DNA of 44,810 bases from an uncultured Gammaproteobacteria bacterium (GCA_964573855.1 CAZNKO010000002.1:1-44810); one strand, 5' to 3'; shown: positions 8,291-17,150, counted from the stretch's first letter. Made by a program: numbers and translations. Notes: a model not told the origin generated them from the sequence alone.

Positions 8291-9630
8291 TCGAAGTTCG
8301 CGATCCGATCCATCGGCGCATTCCCTTTGACGAATTTGAGCGACGGGTGATTGATCACCCGTTTTTTCAGCGCTTGCGTTTCATCTCCCAGCTTTCTTTC
8401 TTGATGTCCTACGTCTACCCGGGCGGCGTGCATGACCGATTTTCGCACGGTCTCGGAGCGATGCATGTCGCTGGACGCTTGTTCGGGCGACTTCTCGCGA
8501 GCTCACCGCTTCTTTCCTCCAGATTTTCTCCGGAAGAAATTGAAGCCCTCCGCCGCCGCATGCGGCTTGCGGGGTTGCTCCACGACATAGGCCATGGCCC
8601 ATTCTCCCACGCGTCCGAGACGATTTTTCCGAAATTTCGCGATCTTCCGATGGATTGGTCGTGGTGGAACCCTTCGACTCCGGCCGGTTATCCCCTGAGC
8701 AACGTCGAAGGGCTAACCGGCCTCCGCTCAGGGAATAATAGACAGTCTAAGCATGAAGATTACAGCGTGCTTTTGATCCAAACGCTCGCGAAGGAAGGCG
8801 TGCTTGCCGAAGATCTTGCCCAAGACGTGGCGTCGCTTATTCACGGAGATGTCGTGCCGTCCGCGACATTTACGGGGTTGGAAAGACAAGCGCCGACTCT
8901 CCAAAAAATTTTGAAATCCCTCGTCTCGGGCGAAGTAGATTGCGACCGGATGGATTATCTTCTGCGTGACAGCTATTACTGCGGCGTCGCCTATGGCACG
9001 TTCGATCTCGATTGGCTCATTTCCAGTCTCGGCCTTGCAGAACAAGACGGGAAGTTTCTTCTCACGCTTTCGGAAAACGGCGTGCGTGCCTTTGAGGACA
9101 CGCTCCTCGCGCGCTACCACATGATCGATCAGGTTTATTTCCACAAAACCAAAGCCGGCTTTACGCATTACCTTGAGGAGGCGATTCGGACAAAGGAAGC
9201 GGATCTCACCATTCCGACCGATCCCTACGCCTATGCAGGCCTTCGGGACGGGCAGGTGATCGAGAAACTTTTCGCGGCGGCGAAAGACGAAAAGAATTAC
9301 TGGTCGCACCATTTGATGCGGCGGATTCCGGCGAAGCGGATTTTGCGGTTCCAGACCGCGAAGGCGGAAGATCGAGAGACATTAAAAAAGCTCGAAGAGA
9401 TTTGTCAAAAGAACAATATCCGTTTTTTTACCCACGCCGCGTCAAAGGAATTAACATTTCTCGGGGAAGGATCAAGCGCAGACAGCATTCAGGTTGCCAA
9501 GAAAACCATCGACGGTGTTCGCTATGTGCCGGTGTTTCAGTACTCGGATCTTCTTCAAAAATATCACGAGAAACTTCAGTTCACGGATTTTTTTGTGCTC
9601 CGCGAGGACGCAGAAAAATTTGAAAACTAG
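8278..9630 (+). CDS. HD-domain phosphohydrolase (COG1078/SAMHD1-like dNTP triphosphohydrolase family)
   Basis: HD motifs FSHGLG and LLHDIGHGPFSH, plus GEVDCDRMDYLLRDSYYCGV. It overlaps the preceding gene by 13 nt. Confidence 0.8.
   Translation: MAEMIEVRDPIHRRIPFDEFERRVIDHPFFQRLRFISQLSFLMSYVYPGGVHDRFSHGLGAMHVAGRLFGRLLASSPLLSSRFSPEEIEALRRRMRLAGLLHDIGHGPFSHASETIFPKFRDLPMDWSWWNPSTPAGYPLSNVEGLTGLRSGNNRQSKHEDYSVLLIQTLAKEGVLAEDLAQDVASLIHGDVVPSATFTGLERQAPTLQKILKSLVSGEVDCDRMDYLLRDSYYCGVAYGTFDLDWLISSLGLAEQDGKFLLTLSENGVRAFEDTLLARYHMIDQVYFHKTKAGFTHYLEEAIRTKEADLTIPTDPYAYAGLRDGQVIEKLFAAAKDEKNYWSHHLMRRIPAKRILRFQTAKAEDRETLKKLEEICQKNNIRFFTHAASKELTFLGEGSSADSIQVAKKTIDGVRYVPVFQYSDLLQKYHEKLQFTDFFVLREDAEKFEN
8670..8733 (+). 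repeat. Long (64-bp) type-A palindromic element inserted in-frame in the HD gene (PSTPAGYPLSNVEGLTGLRSG)
   Basis: It has the same termini as the short copies (CCCTTCGAC...GCTCAGGG). Internal inverted pairs: CCCTTCGAC/GTCGAAGGG, CCGGTTA/TAACCGG, CCCTGAGC/GCTCAGGG. Confidence 0.75.
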
Positions 9631-9995
9631 GACCCGAGAATCTTGGCCGCGTCGGCGAACATCTCGTCGTCCTCCTGCAGCTTCCAGAAACAGTGTGCTC
9701 CCAGTTTTTCCGCTTCCACCCGCGCTCCTTCCTCCATCATGGAGGAACGGAGAATGAAGGGAACTTGGAACCCTTGCTCACGCAACCGGCGCAGGAGATC
9801 GATCCCGCGCACCTTCGGCATGTTGAGGTCCGAGATCACGAGCGCCACATTCGCGTCGAACTTGTTCAGAGCGTCTTGACCGTCCACAGCCTCCTTGATG
9901 ATGACGTTCTCCTCGACGAGCGTGCGAAGCATGGCTCCCGCCGTGTCCCGGTGATCCGCGTCATCATCCACGATCAGCACTGTTTTACTGCTCAT
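9627..9995 (-). CDS. Single-domain response regulator (CheY-like receiver)
   Basis: VLIVDDDADHRD..ISDLNMPKVRGIDLL is a receiver signature. The ATG at 9995 is preceded by GGAGGAGG. The ORF-track start at 10055 is less likely. Confidence 0.75.
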   Translation of the reverse strand: MSSKTVLIVDDDADHRDTAGAMLRTLVEENVIIKEAVDGQDALNKFDANVALVISDLNMPKVRGIDLLRRLREQGFQVPFILRSSMMEEGARVEAEKLGAHCFWKLQEDDEMFADAAKILGS

Positions 9996-10063
9996 AACCC
10001 GCCTCCTCCAAAAAGGCATGATCATCTTGCCACCACGAATATTTTCTGGCAACATAAAACACT

Positions 10064-11335
10064 ATGCCAAAAGCCAAAAGCCAGAAGCCAAAAGCTAGCC
10101 CTGAGCGAAGTCAAAGGGTTCTTGTCGGCATGTCCGGCGGCGTGGATTCGTCCGTGTCCGCGGCATTGTTGTTGGAGGTTGGGTATGAGGTGATTGGCGC
10201 GTTCATGAAAAATTGGTCCGGACAGAAATGTGCGGATGGGTCGTTTAAAGAATGTGGGTGGCGCGACGAGCGGCGGGATGCCATGCGCGTGGCATCCACA
10301 CTCGGGATTCCGTTTGTGACGCTCGATTTTGAGGAACAGTATCGGCGCGATGTGGTTGAGAACATGTTCCGTGAGTTTGAAGCGGGCCGCACGCCGAATC
10401 CGGACGTGATGTGCAACAAGTTCATCAAATTTGATCGATTCGTGAAGGCGGCAGATGGGCTTGGATGTCAATTTGTCGCGACAGGACATTATGCCCGCAT
10501 ATTCCCCGAGCCTGTCGAGGGGCCTTCGACAAGCTCAGGCAATAATTTTCGTATCCTCATGGGCTCTGACCCAAACAAAGACCAAACCTATTTCCTCTGG
10601 GCCATGCCGCCCGCCGTTTTGTCGCGCGTGTTGTTTCCGGTTGGCGGCATGATAAAGGCGGATGTGCGAAAGAAAGCGCGTGAGCTTGAGCTTTCCACTG
10701 CTGACAAAAAAGACAGCACCGGCATTTGTTTTGTTGGGGAAGTGGACAGGCGTGAATTTTTGCAGGGGGGCATTCCGGAAGATCCAGGCGGGATTGTGAC
10801 GACCGAGGGAGAGATTGTCGGCCAGCATTCTGGGGTCGCGTTTTATACGATCGGCCAGCGCCACGGGCTCAACGTCGGTGGCGGCACGCCCTATTATGTT
10901 GTGGAGAAAAAACCAGCGACAAAACAGTTGGTCGTCTCAAGCAATTTTCATCCAGCCCTGTTCAAAAAAGAGTTAACGGCGATCCAATGCAACTGGTTCC
11001 GCGATCTTTCGCGTCCCCCTTTTCAAGGGGGACTACAGGGGGTTACCGGTGCATCGGCAACCCCTCCTCACCTCCCCTTGGAAAGGGGAGGAAGTACATT
11101 CCGCTGTCAGGCGCGGATTCGTTATCGCCAGCCTGTTGCGCCATGTACCGTGACCATTCTCCCCCTTTTTCCGCCAGAGGCGGATCCCGCTCTGCGGGAC
11201 AAGGGGGAGCCAGAGGGGGTTGCCGGTGATCGTGTCCACGTCCATTTTGACGGCCCCCAGCGCGCCGTCACCCCCGGCCAGTCCATTGTGTTTTATCAAG
11301 ACGACGAAATGCTGGGCGGGGGTGTGATAGAATGA
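10064..11335 (+). CDS. mnmA: tRNA-specific 2-thiouridylase MnmA, carrying three in-frame repeat insertions
   Basis: PP-loop motif VGMSGGVDSS, a central DQTYFL block and a C-terminal AVTPGQSIVFYQDDEMLGGGVIE. Confidence 0.9.
   Translation: MPKAKSQKPKASPERSQRVLVGMSGGVDSSVSAALLLEVGYEVIGAFMKNWSGQKCADGSFKECGWRDERRDAMRVASTLGIPFVTLDFEEQYRRDVVENMFREFEAGRTPNPDVMCNKFIKFDRFVKAADGLGCQFVATGHYARIFPEPVEGPSTSSGNNFRILMGSDPNKDQTYFLWAMPPAVLSRVLFPVGGMIKADVRKKARELELSTADKKDSTGICFVGEVDRREFLQGGIPEDPGGIVTTEGEIVGQHSGVAFYTIGQRHGLNVGGGTPYYVVEKKPATKQLVVSSNFHPALFKKELTAIQCNWFRDLSRPPFQGGLQGVTGASATPPHLPLERGGSTFRCQARIRYRQPVAPCTVTILPLFPPEADPALRDKGEPEGVAGDRVHVHFDGPQRAVTPGQSIVFYQDDEMLGGGVIE
10066..10100 (+). repeat. Heptanucleotide tandem array (GCCAAAA-like) x5 at the 5' end of mnmA
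   Basis: gccaaaa gccaaaa gccagaa gccaaaa gctagcc, encoding the N-terminal tail PKAKSQKPKAS. Confidence 0.75.
10522..10540 (+). repeat. Short type-A element (GCCTTCGACAAGCTCAGGC), in-frame in mnmA (PSTSSG)
   Basis: Matches the copies at 7129 and 7378 except at the terminal bases. Confidence 0.75.
11014..11091 (+). repeat. Palindromic repeat element (type C) in-frame in mnmA (..PPFQGGLQGVTGASATPPHLPLERGG..)
   Basis: Three consecutive hairpins: TCCCCCTT ttc AAGGGGGA; GGGGTTaCCG gtgcat CGGcAACCCC; CCTCCCCTT gga AAGGGGAGG. It shares the AGGGGGTTNCCG module with 11157 and 24946. Confidence 0.7.
11157..11226 (+). repeat. Palindromic repeat element (type B) in-frame in mnmA (ILPLFPPEADPALRDKGEPEGVAG)
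   Basis: TTCTCCCCCTTTTTCCGCCAGAGGCGGA..CTCTG..CAAGGGGGAG..AGAGGGGGTTGCCGG. An intergenic copy lies at 24946..25014. Confidence 0.75.
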
Positions 11336-11342
11336 ATGAACT

Positions 11343-11606
11343 ATGGCTCTCCTCGAATTTTACGGGCGTGAATGTCCGCATTGCATTAAAATGATGCCGC
11401 TTGTGGACAAATTGATTGCCGAAGGCACAAAGATCGAAAAGTTTGAAGTTTGGCACAATGCGGAAAACGCCAAAAAGATGGAAGAATACGACCGTGGCCT
11501 CTGCGGCGGTGTGCCGTTTTTCTACAACACCGACACGAAAGATTACATCTGCGGCGAGGCAGATGAAAAGGAGTTGCGAAAATGGGCGAAAGGGGATAAG
11601 GTTTAG
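11343..11606 (+). CDS. Thioredoxin-fold (glutaredoxin-like) small protein
   Basis: 87 aa, with a CPHC active-site motif near the N-terminus (EFYGRECPHCIKM). Confidence 0.7.
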   Translation: MALLEFYGRECPHCIKMMPLVDKLIAEGTKIEKFEVWHNAENAKKMEEYDRGLCGGVPFFYNTDTKDYICGEADEKELRKWAKGDKV

Positions 11607-11631
11607 CTATTATTTCTCTCTATTTTATACT

Positions 11632-12537
11632 ATGCCAGGTGAAAGGGAGTCATCTTTGGAACGTATTCGTGCTTTGAAGATGGAGTCACAAGCTAAGAAG
11701 GAGGGGGAAGAGAAAGAGAAAAAAGAGAAAACGGAGGGACTGCAAGAATCCTTCCTTCGGGCGACCCGCGAGGTTTGGCTCGCGCAGGCGGAGCTTCAGA
11801 CGGCCGAACAGGAGGCTGGGTCTTTGGAGGATTTGGATGAAGACACGCGGGAAGAAACGCAGGTGGTACTCAAGGAAATAAAGGAGAAGGGAGAAAAATT
11901 AGAAGACGACCGGAAAGCGATTTGGAAACAACTGGAAGAGCTGGGGGTGGAGGTGAAGGAACCGACGCAGGACGAAATTCGGGAATTAAACCTACGGGAA
12001 ATCAAAAAAGACATTGATTTGTTTGGGAAAGAATTTGCGGATGTGTGGCGGAAGGATGCGGGCTGGGCGCTGACGATAGGAGGAGACGATTCAGGATATT
12101 TGTTAGAAAACCACGCTCTCGTAGCGAAGTTACATGAAATTACTGACAAGAAACGTCGTATCAGTGGAGATCTCCACGAAAAACGAAACACTTTGTTGAA
12201 GATCGGGACAGGAAAGCTGGAGCGTCAATTGCGAAGTTTGGAAGATCAAGAGAAACCCATAGAACGGCAACTGGAAGCTTTGCAAAAAATCCAGGAAGAT
12301 ATACGTGCATCATATTATCGGTTGCTGGGTCTGATCCAAAAGGATCTCACTCGATTCTATCATCTTAGTGACAAGGAAAGACTGAAGAAGGAATTTCCTT
12401 TTGTGAATGTTCATTCTCACTACGGTGAAAAAGGCCACACGGAAACGGTTTCTATAGGAAATGATAAGGAATTTTTACGAATGTATGGATACGATTACGA
12501 CGAGGCGATGAGATCGAAAAGAAAAAACGGACGTTGA
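11632..12537 (+). CDS. Hypothetical Glu/Lys-rich coiled-coil protein (301 aa)
   Basis: ORF 11416..12537. The first ATG downstream of the thioredoxin-like stop is at 11632. The composition is strongly charged and helical. No family was recognised. Confidence 0.5.
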   Translation: MPGERESSLERIRALKMESQAKKEGEEKEKKEKTEGLQESFLRATREVWLAQAELQTAEQEAGSLEDLDEDTREETQVVLKEIKEKGEKLEDDRKAIWKQLEELGVEVKEPTQDEIRELNLREIKKDIDLFGKEFADVWRKDAGWALTIGGDDSGYLLENHALVAKLHEITDKKRRISGDLHEKRNTLLKIGTGKLERQLRSLEDQEKPIERQLEALQKIQEDIRASYYRLLGLIQKDLTRFYHLSDKERLKKEFPFVNVHSHYGEKGHTETVSIGNDKEFLRMYGYDYDEAMRSKRKNGR

Positions 12538-12678
12538 TTACGCCCGTTTTTTCTTTTCGGCAGGCTGTTTGAGTTTTCTGACGCGTTCACGGAATGATCG
12601 GATCTGTTTTCGGAGAGCGATGGCCTTCTTGTCGAGTTTATGAATAGAGACGAGAAGGGAGGGTTTGGTCTGCGGCAT
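12538..12678 (-). CDS. Possible small basic protein (46 aa, MPQTKPSLLVSIHKLDKKAIALRKQIRSFRERVRKLKQPAEKKKRA)
   Basis: Hand translation of the minus strand downstream of era. It is below the 60-aa cutoff of the ORF track, has no clear SD and matches no recognised family. Confidence 0.25.
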   Translation of the reverse strand: MPQTKPSLLVSIHKLDKKAIALRKQIRSFRERVRKLKQPAEKKKRA

Positions 12679-12717
12679 AGATAATTGAGTGATGAATCAT
12701 TCAACCAGTATATCACA

Positions 12718-13590
12718 TCACCCAAGTCGTTCCACCCAATGCGGGTCTACTTTGACGTTCAGGTCCAGGTAGACTTTTTTGTTCATAACGCCCTCGAGCT
12801 CGTAGCGCGCGGACTGGCCGATTTCTTTGATGCCGCGGGCGCCGGCGCCGATCACAATACGCTGGGTCCGGTCGCTCGTCGTGTAGACGGTCGCCGCAAT
12901 ATACACCATGCCGTTTTCGCGCTCCTGAATATCATCCACCTCAACATGGACTTTGTAGGGAAGCTCTTGGTGCAGGCGCAAAAATAGTTTTTCACGGATG
13001 ATCTCCGCGATCCATTCCTTGTTCGGCTGGTTGGTGAATTGATAGTCGGGATAATAGGGGTCGCCGATCGGAAGAAGGTCGTAAATGGTTTGGGCAACGG
13101 TTTTTACATGCGCGCCGTTGAGCGCCGATACCTCGAGCACGGTTGAAAATTTCGGCGCGAGGTCGCGGTAAAAGTCGATGAAGGGTTTTTCGTGCAGGTC
13201 GATTTTGTTGATGACCAGGATTTTTGGCTTTTCAATTTTTTCAATGAGCCGCATCACGGATTTTTCCTCGTCTCCGATCGAGCGCGTCGGGTCCACGATA
13301 TAGACGATCACGTCCACGCCTTTGAGCGACTGTTTGATGGAGGCAAGCAGGCGGCCGCCGAGCGAATCGCGCCGCTCCTGGAACACACCTGGCGTGTCCA
13401 CAAACACAATCTGGCCTTGCTCGGTCGTGAGAATGCCGTGGATCGGGAGCCGGGTCGTTTGCGGTTTTGGGGAGGTGATCGCAATCTTCGTGCCAACGAG
13501 CGCATTCAAGAGCGTTGATTTTCCAACGTTCGACCGCCCGACCAGAACCGCAAATCCAGATTTCTTTTTTTGTGTCGTTTCCTCTAACAT
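12718..13590 (-). CDS. era: GTPase Era
   Basis: G1 motif GRSNVGKSTLLN, DTPG, NKID and a C-terminal KH-domain region. ATG 13590 gives the typical N-terminus M..KKKSGFAVLVG. The ORF-track start at 13626 is a TTG. Confidence 0.9.
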   Translation of the reverse strand: MLEETTQKKKSGFAVLVGRSNVGKSTLLNALVGTKIAITSPKPQTTRLPIHGILTTEQGQIVFVDTPGVFQERRDSLGGRLLASIKQSLKGVDVIVYIVDPTRSIGDEEKSVMRLIEKIEKPKILVINKIDLHEKPFIDFYRDLAPKFSTVLEVSALNGAHVKTVAQTIYDLLPIGDPYYPDYQFTNQPNKEWIAEIIREKLFLRLHQELPYKVHVEVDDIQERENGMVYIAATVYTTSDRTQRIVIGAGARGIKEIGQSARYELEGVMNKKVYLDLNVKVDPHWVERLG

Positions 13591-13665
13591 GTCGCAGATG
13601 AAACCATGAAAAAGCCTTGCGGTCAATGGAGAAAGAAAAAACCGGCAGATCTTGCGACCAACCGG

Positions 13666-14037
13666 TTATCGTGCGTCGAGTGTGTCGGCGAAGCCGTCTT
13701 TGTCCGGGTCGAAACGCTTGACGAGGACCTTGACTCTGGAGTCCTTCCGGCGCCGGAAGCGATTGAGACATCCACGGATTGCGATCCCGAGTTGTTCGGC
13801 GAACACTTGTCGCTTCTCGTCCGTCCGATCCGGCTTTTCGAACAGGCCCTCGACGATGAAGAACGCTGGGGGGTAAGGCCTGGTCGGGACGCTTGGATCA
13901 TGCGGGAAGAAGACGTCCACCTCCTCCCCCTTGAACTCCCAGAACTCTTTTGTTACGGATTCGATCACTCCTGCGAGCACGGCCCGCCATTTCCGGCTGG
14001 CCGTCGGAGAGATGTTGTATCCGATAATGAGCGGCAT
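13666..14037 (-). CDS. Hypothetical protein (123 aa). The Met-Pro N-terminus followed by a beta-alpha-beta-like pattern hints at a tautomerase-like fold (speculative).
   Basis: ATG 14037 is preceded by GGAGGTG. No confident family was recognised. Confidence 0.45.
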   Translation of the reverse strand: MPLIIGYNISPTASRKWRAVLAGVIESVTKEFWEFKGEEVDVFFPHDPSVPTRPYPPAFFIVEGLFEKPDRTDEKRQVFAEQLGIAIRGCLNRFRRRKDSRVKVLVKRFDPDKDGFADTLDAR

Positions 14038-14097
14038 CTGTCTCACCTCCTCTCTTTGGAAATGGTGAGAGAGACAGCTCACCATAATGAGGATCTA

Positions 14098-14140
14098 TTG
14101 TCATCCTTGAAGATTCTTCACCTTCGGTTCAGAATGACAG
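14098..14140. repeat. Shortened type-D palindromic element (GTCATCCTTGAAGATTCTTCACCTTCGGTTCAGAATGAC)
   Basis: Its termini GTCATCCT...TCAGAATGAC are shared with 18791 and 33719. Confidence 0.6.
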
Positions 14141-14144
14141 ACGT

Positions 14145-14597
14145 ATGCTCGTGATCGCGCATAATATTCGATCTCTCCATAATGTCGGGGCCATGTTTCG
14201 GAGCGCCGATGCGTTTGGGGTTGAGAAATTGTATTTGACAGGATACACGCCTATTCCGCCGCGCCGCGAGATTGCGAAGACCGCGCTTGGGTCGGAAATG
14301 CGGGTCGCGTGGGAAAAAGCAGAAGATGTTCTCGAGTTGTTCCATCGGCTAAAAAAAGAAGGGAAAAAAGTCCTGGCCCTCGAGATCAGTGAGAACGCAT
14401 TGTCCGTCTCGGACGCCCGAGATCGTTTCAATCCAGCCGAGATCGTCTTGGTGCTCGGAAACGAGGTTGTGGGCCTCGAACCCGAGGTTCTTGCGGCGTG
14501 CGACGCGACCGTGATGATCCCCATACCAGGGCAAAAACGCTCGCTCAATGTCTCGGTTGCCTCCGGGATTGCGATGTTTGCATTGAGATCAAAATAG
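14145..14597 (+). CDS. SpoU/TrmH-family RNA 2'-O-methyltransferase
   Basis: NIRSLHNVGAMFRSADAFG, LVLGNEVVGL and IPIPGQKRSLNVSVASGIAMF are the three SPOUT motifs. Confidence 0.85.
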   Translation: MLVIAHNIRSLHNVGAMFRSADAFGVEKLYLTGYTPIPPRREIAKTALGSEMRVAWEKAEDVLELFHRLKKEGKKVLALEISENALSVSDARDRFNPAEIVLVLGNEVVGLEPEVLAACDATVMIPIPGQKRSLNVSVASGIAMFALRSK

Positions 14598-14633
14598 ATG
14601 TAATATTTGTAGAAAGTAGAACCTTCTACCCTT

Positions 14634-15356
14634 GTGCTTACCATCGTCATTCCGACGAAAAACGAGGAGGCCCTGTTGCCGAATCTTTTGGCATCTATCC
14701 GTCGCCAGACCTATCAACCGCGCGAAATTATCGTCTCGGATGCGGCTTCGACAGATCGCACGCGCGAGGTTGCCCACGCCTACGGTGTGCGCGTGGTCGC
14801 AGGCGGGCTTCCTGGAGTCGGGCGGAACCAAGGGGCTGCGCTGGCGCAAACCCCGCTTCTGCTTTTTTTGGATGCGGACGTAGAGCTCACGGATCCAGAA
14901 CTTCTGGAACATGCGGTCGGGGAGATGCTCGAGCGCGAGATTGATGTCGCAACCTGCGACGTCGAGCCCTTGTCGGCCGCCATGATCGATCGCCTACTCC
15001 ACGAAGCGTACAATAAGTATGTGCGGACGGTGGGACACGTGTTTCCGCATGCGCCGGGCTTCTGCATTTTTGTTCGGAAAGAACTTCACGATCAAATCGG
15101 CGGCTTTGATGAGACGGTCCGTTTCTGTGAGGACCACGATTACGCCCGTCGGGCGGCATTGAACGGGTCGTTCGGTTTTCTCTCGGTCCGGATCCCAGTT
15201 TCGACCCGCCGTCTCGAGCGCGACGGGCGGCTCATGATTGCGCTCAAGTATGCCCTCGCCGAACTCCACACCGCGACCCTGGGCCCCATCCGCCACGAAA
15301 TGTTCCGATATACGTTCGGGCATGGGGAGAGGGGACAAGTGACAAGAGACAAGTGA
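14634..15356 (+). CDS. Family 2 glycosyltransferase
   Basis: GTG start. LTIVIPTKNEE...IIVSDAASTDRT and a later DAD motif, with a GT-A fold pattern. Confidence 0.75.
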   Translation: MLTIVIPTKNEEALLPNLLASIRRQTYQPREIIVSDAASTDRTREVAHAYGVRVVAGGLPGVGRNQGAALAQTPLLLFLDADVELTDPELLEHAVGEMLEREIDVATCDVEPLSAAMIDRLLHEAYNKYVRTVGHVFPHAPGFCIFVRKELHDQIGGFDETVRFCEDHDYARRAALNGSFGFLSVRIPVSTRRLERDGRLMIALKYALAELHTATLGPIRHEMFRYTFGHGERGQVTRDK

Positions 15357-15365
15357 CAGGGATAA
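15324..15365 (+). repeat. Heptanucleotide tandem array (NGNGACA) x6
   Basis: ggggaga ggggaca agtgaca agagaca agtgaca gggataa. It spans the 3' tail and stop of the GT2 gene and runs into the SD (AAGGAGG) of pduL. Confidence 0.75.
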
Positions 15366-15372
15366 GGAGGAT

Positions 15373-15933
15373 ATGAATTTTCCTGTGGTCGTTCAACATC
15401 GGCACGTGCATTTGTCGGAGGAAGATCAAGCAAAATTGTTCGGAGAGGATGCGGCGCCGACCCCAGTCCGTCAGCTCGAGCACCAAGGTCAGGTCGTGTA
15501 TCGCGAGACCGTGGACCTGGTCGGAAAATCCGGCCGTCTCGAGCGCGTCCGCGTGCTCGGGCCCGCGCGGGAGAAAACCCAGGTGGAAGTCGCCGCGACC
15601 GACGCCTCTGCCCTCGGGATCGACGCTCCCGTCCGGCTTTCAGGAGATCTCACGAAGAGCGGCAGCTGCGAGCTCGTGGGGCCGGCGGGGAAGCTCAAGG
15701 TGAAGAGTGCCGTCATTATCCCGGCTCGCCATCTGCATTGTCCTTCTGCCGAATCGAAAAAACTCGGGCTTGTGCAAGGTCAGATCCTATCTTTAAAAAC
15801 CCCCGACGGCACCGAGATCGAACATCTGACGGTCCGGATCCATCCCACCTTCCGCCCCGCCTTTCACCTTGCCGCGGACGAAGCCGCCGAATACTGGCTT
15901 CACACCGGCGATCACGTGACCATTGTTATATGA
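15373..15933 (+). CDS. pduL: Phosphate propanoyl/acetyl-transferase PduL
   Basis: Duplicated PduL motifs ([14 protein letters not shown]; [21 protein letters not shown]; PARHLHC), at the typical ~190-aa size. Confidence 0.85.
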   Translation: MNFPVVVQHRHVHLSEEDQAKLFGEDAAPTPVRQLEHQGQVVYRETVDLVGKSGRLERVRVLGPAREKTQVEVAATDASALGIDAPVRLSGDLTKSGSCELVGPAGKLKVKSAVIIPARHLHCPSAESKKLGLVQGQILSLKTPDGTEIEHLTVRIHPTFRPAFHLAADEAAEYWLHTGDHVTIVI

Positions 15934-17150
15934 AATTTTACACGACTCAGCGACCAGTGACCCGGGACGAGGGACGAGGACAAAATTTTTTCGTTTTATT
16001 TTTTATCCTGGTTACTAGTCTCTGGTTCCTGGTCCCTTTGTATTTCGCCCACGCCGCTTCGGTTGACCTTTCTATTTCCAGCGATGGAATTTTCTTTTCA
16101 AAAACAACCCTCATCGCCGGTGACCGTATTCGCCTCTATGCGACGGTTCGAAACGTTGGGACCGAAGATGTCTCCGGCTACGTGACATTTTATCAGGGAG
16201 CCGCGGCGATCGGAGATTCGCAGGTGATTTCGGTCCGCGCGGGCGGCGTCCCCGAGGAGGTGTATGTAGATTTCACGGTGCCACCGAATACCTTCAACAT
16301 CCGGGCGGACATCCGCGGAACGGACCCCCAGGACATGAACTCCGCAAACGACAGCGCGCTCACAGGGCTTTTTACGCCCGTCGTGGATGATGATCGGGAT
16401 GGGGTGGAAAACTCTAAGGATAATTGTCCGTCCACTGCGAACGCCAGCCAGACGGACACGGATGGAGATAAATTGGGAGACGCGTGTGATCCGGATGATG
16501 ATAATGACGGGCTGACCGATGCAGAGGAAGCAAACAAGGGCACGAGTCCGACCAAGGCTGACACGGACGGCGATGGGGTGAATGACAAAGACGACGCCTA
16601 TCCGACTGATCCCTCAAAATCCAAGGTGCCGCCTCCGCCTCCTCCGCCTGCTCCAGAACCGGAACCTGCTCCAGCTCCGGCACCAAAACCTGCCCCGGCC
16701 CCGACCCCGGCGCCATCTCCCGCTCCCGCGCCTTCTTCTCCTGAAACTCCTACAACTTCTGAAACCCCTTCCGCCCCTTCCAACTCTTCCTCCCCCATCT
16801 CTTCCAAGGCGACATTTACATTCCGTCGCACTTCCTGGAATACGTACGAATTTTCTGCACTTGCCCCAGACACGGCTTCCTCTCGGTTCACATGGGACTT
16901 CGGCGATGGTGTTACTTCAAATCGTCACACGGTGACTCATGTGTATCGTGCACCGGGAGAATATACGGCCCGGTTCTCTTCGACCGATGCCGCGGGGGAG
17001 ACCACCGAAGATCAAACCCGCGTCTATGTTCCATTTTTTACCTTGCATAATCCGCTCGTGCTCGGACTCATTTCTGTTCTGGGACTTTTGTTCTTGGTCG
17101 GGATAGGGGCGATCGTGCGCACGAGCCGCAAGAAGGGGGAGGAGGAATAA
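15930..17150 (+). CDS. Membrane-anchored surface protein with thrombospondin-type-3-like Asp repeats, a Pro/Ala-rich linker, a PKD-like domain and a C-terminal TM helix
   Basis: ATG 15930 overlaps the pduL stop (ATGA). N-terminal TM helix; [22 protein letters not shown] and [12 protein letters not shown] repeats; [16 protein letters not shown] linker; [11 protein letters not shown].. PKD signature. Confidence 0.7.
   Translation: MKFYTTQRPVTRDEGRGQNFFVLFFILVTSLWFLVPLYFAHAASVDLSISSDGIFFSKTTLIAGDRIRLYATVRNVGTEDVSGYVTFYQGAAAIGDSQVISVRAGGVPEEVYVDFTVPPNTFNIRADIRGTDPQDMNSANDSALTGLFTPVVDDDRDGVENSKDNCPSTANASQTDTDGDKLGDACDPDDDNDGLTDAEEANKGTSPTKADTDGDGVNDKDDAYPTDPSKSKVPPPPPPPAPEPEPAPAPAPKPAPAPTPAPSPAPAPSSPETPTTSETPSAPSNSSSPISSKATFTFRRTSWNTYEFSALAPDTASSRFTWDFGDGVTSNRHTVTHVYRAPGEYTARFSSTDAAGETTEDQTRVYVPFFTLHNPLVLGLISVLGLLFLVGIGAIVRTSRKKGEEE
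15943..15984 (+). repeat. Heptanucleotide tandem array (GNGACNA-like) x6
   Basis: cgactca gcgacca gtgaccc gggacga gggacga ggacaaa. It lies in the 5' tail of the surface-protein gene, and its unit is related to the array at 15324. Confidence 0.7.

Noticed and set aside
13641-13665. Possible terminator between the 123-aa gene and era (AACCGG..CCGGTT followed by T-run on the minus strand)
   Set aside because: The stem is only 6 bp with a 16-nt loop, which is not convincing.
13606-14154. 182-aa + strand ORF
   Set aside because: It is antisense to the 123-aa minus-strand gene, which has a strong SD (GGAGGTG), and it crosses a palindromic repeat. No family was recognised.
16620-16760. Pro/Ala-coding hexamer-like DNA repeats
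   Set aside because: They form a low-complexity PAPAP linker inside a surface-protein CDS, which is ordinary for such proteins. They are not an independent DNA element.
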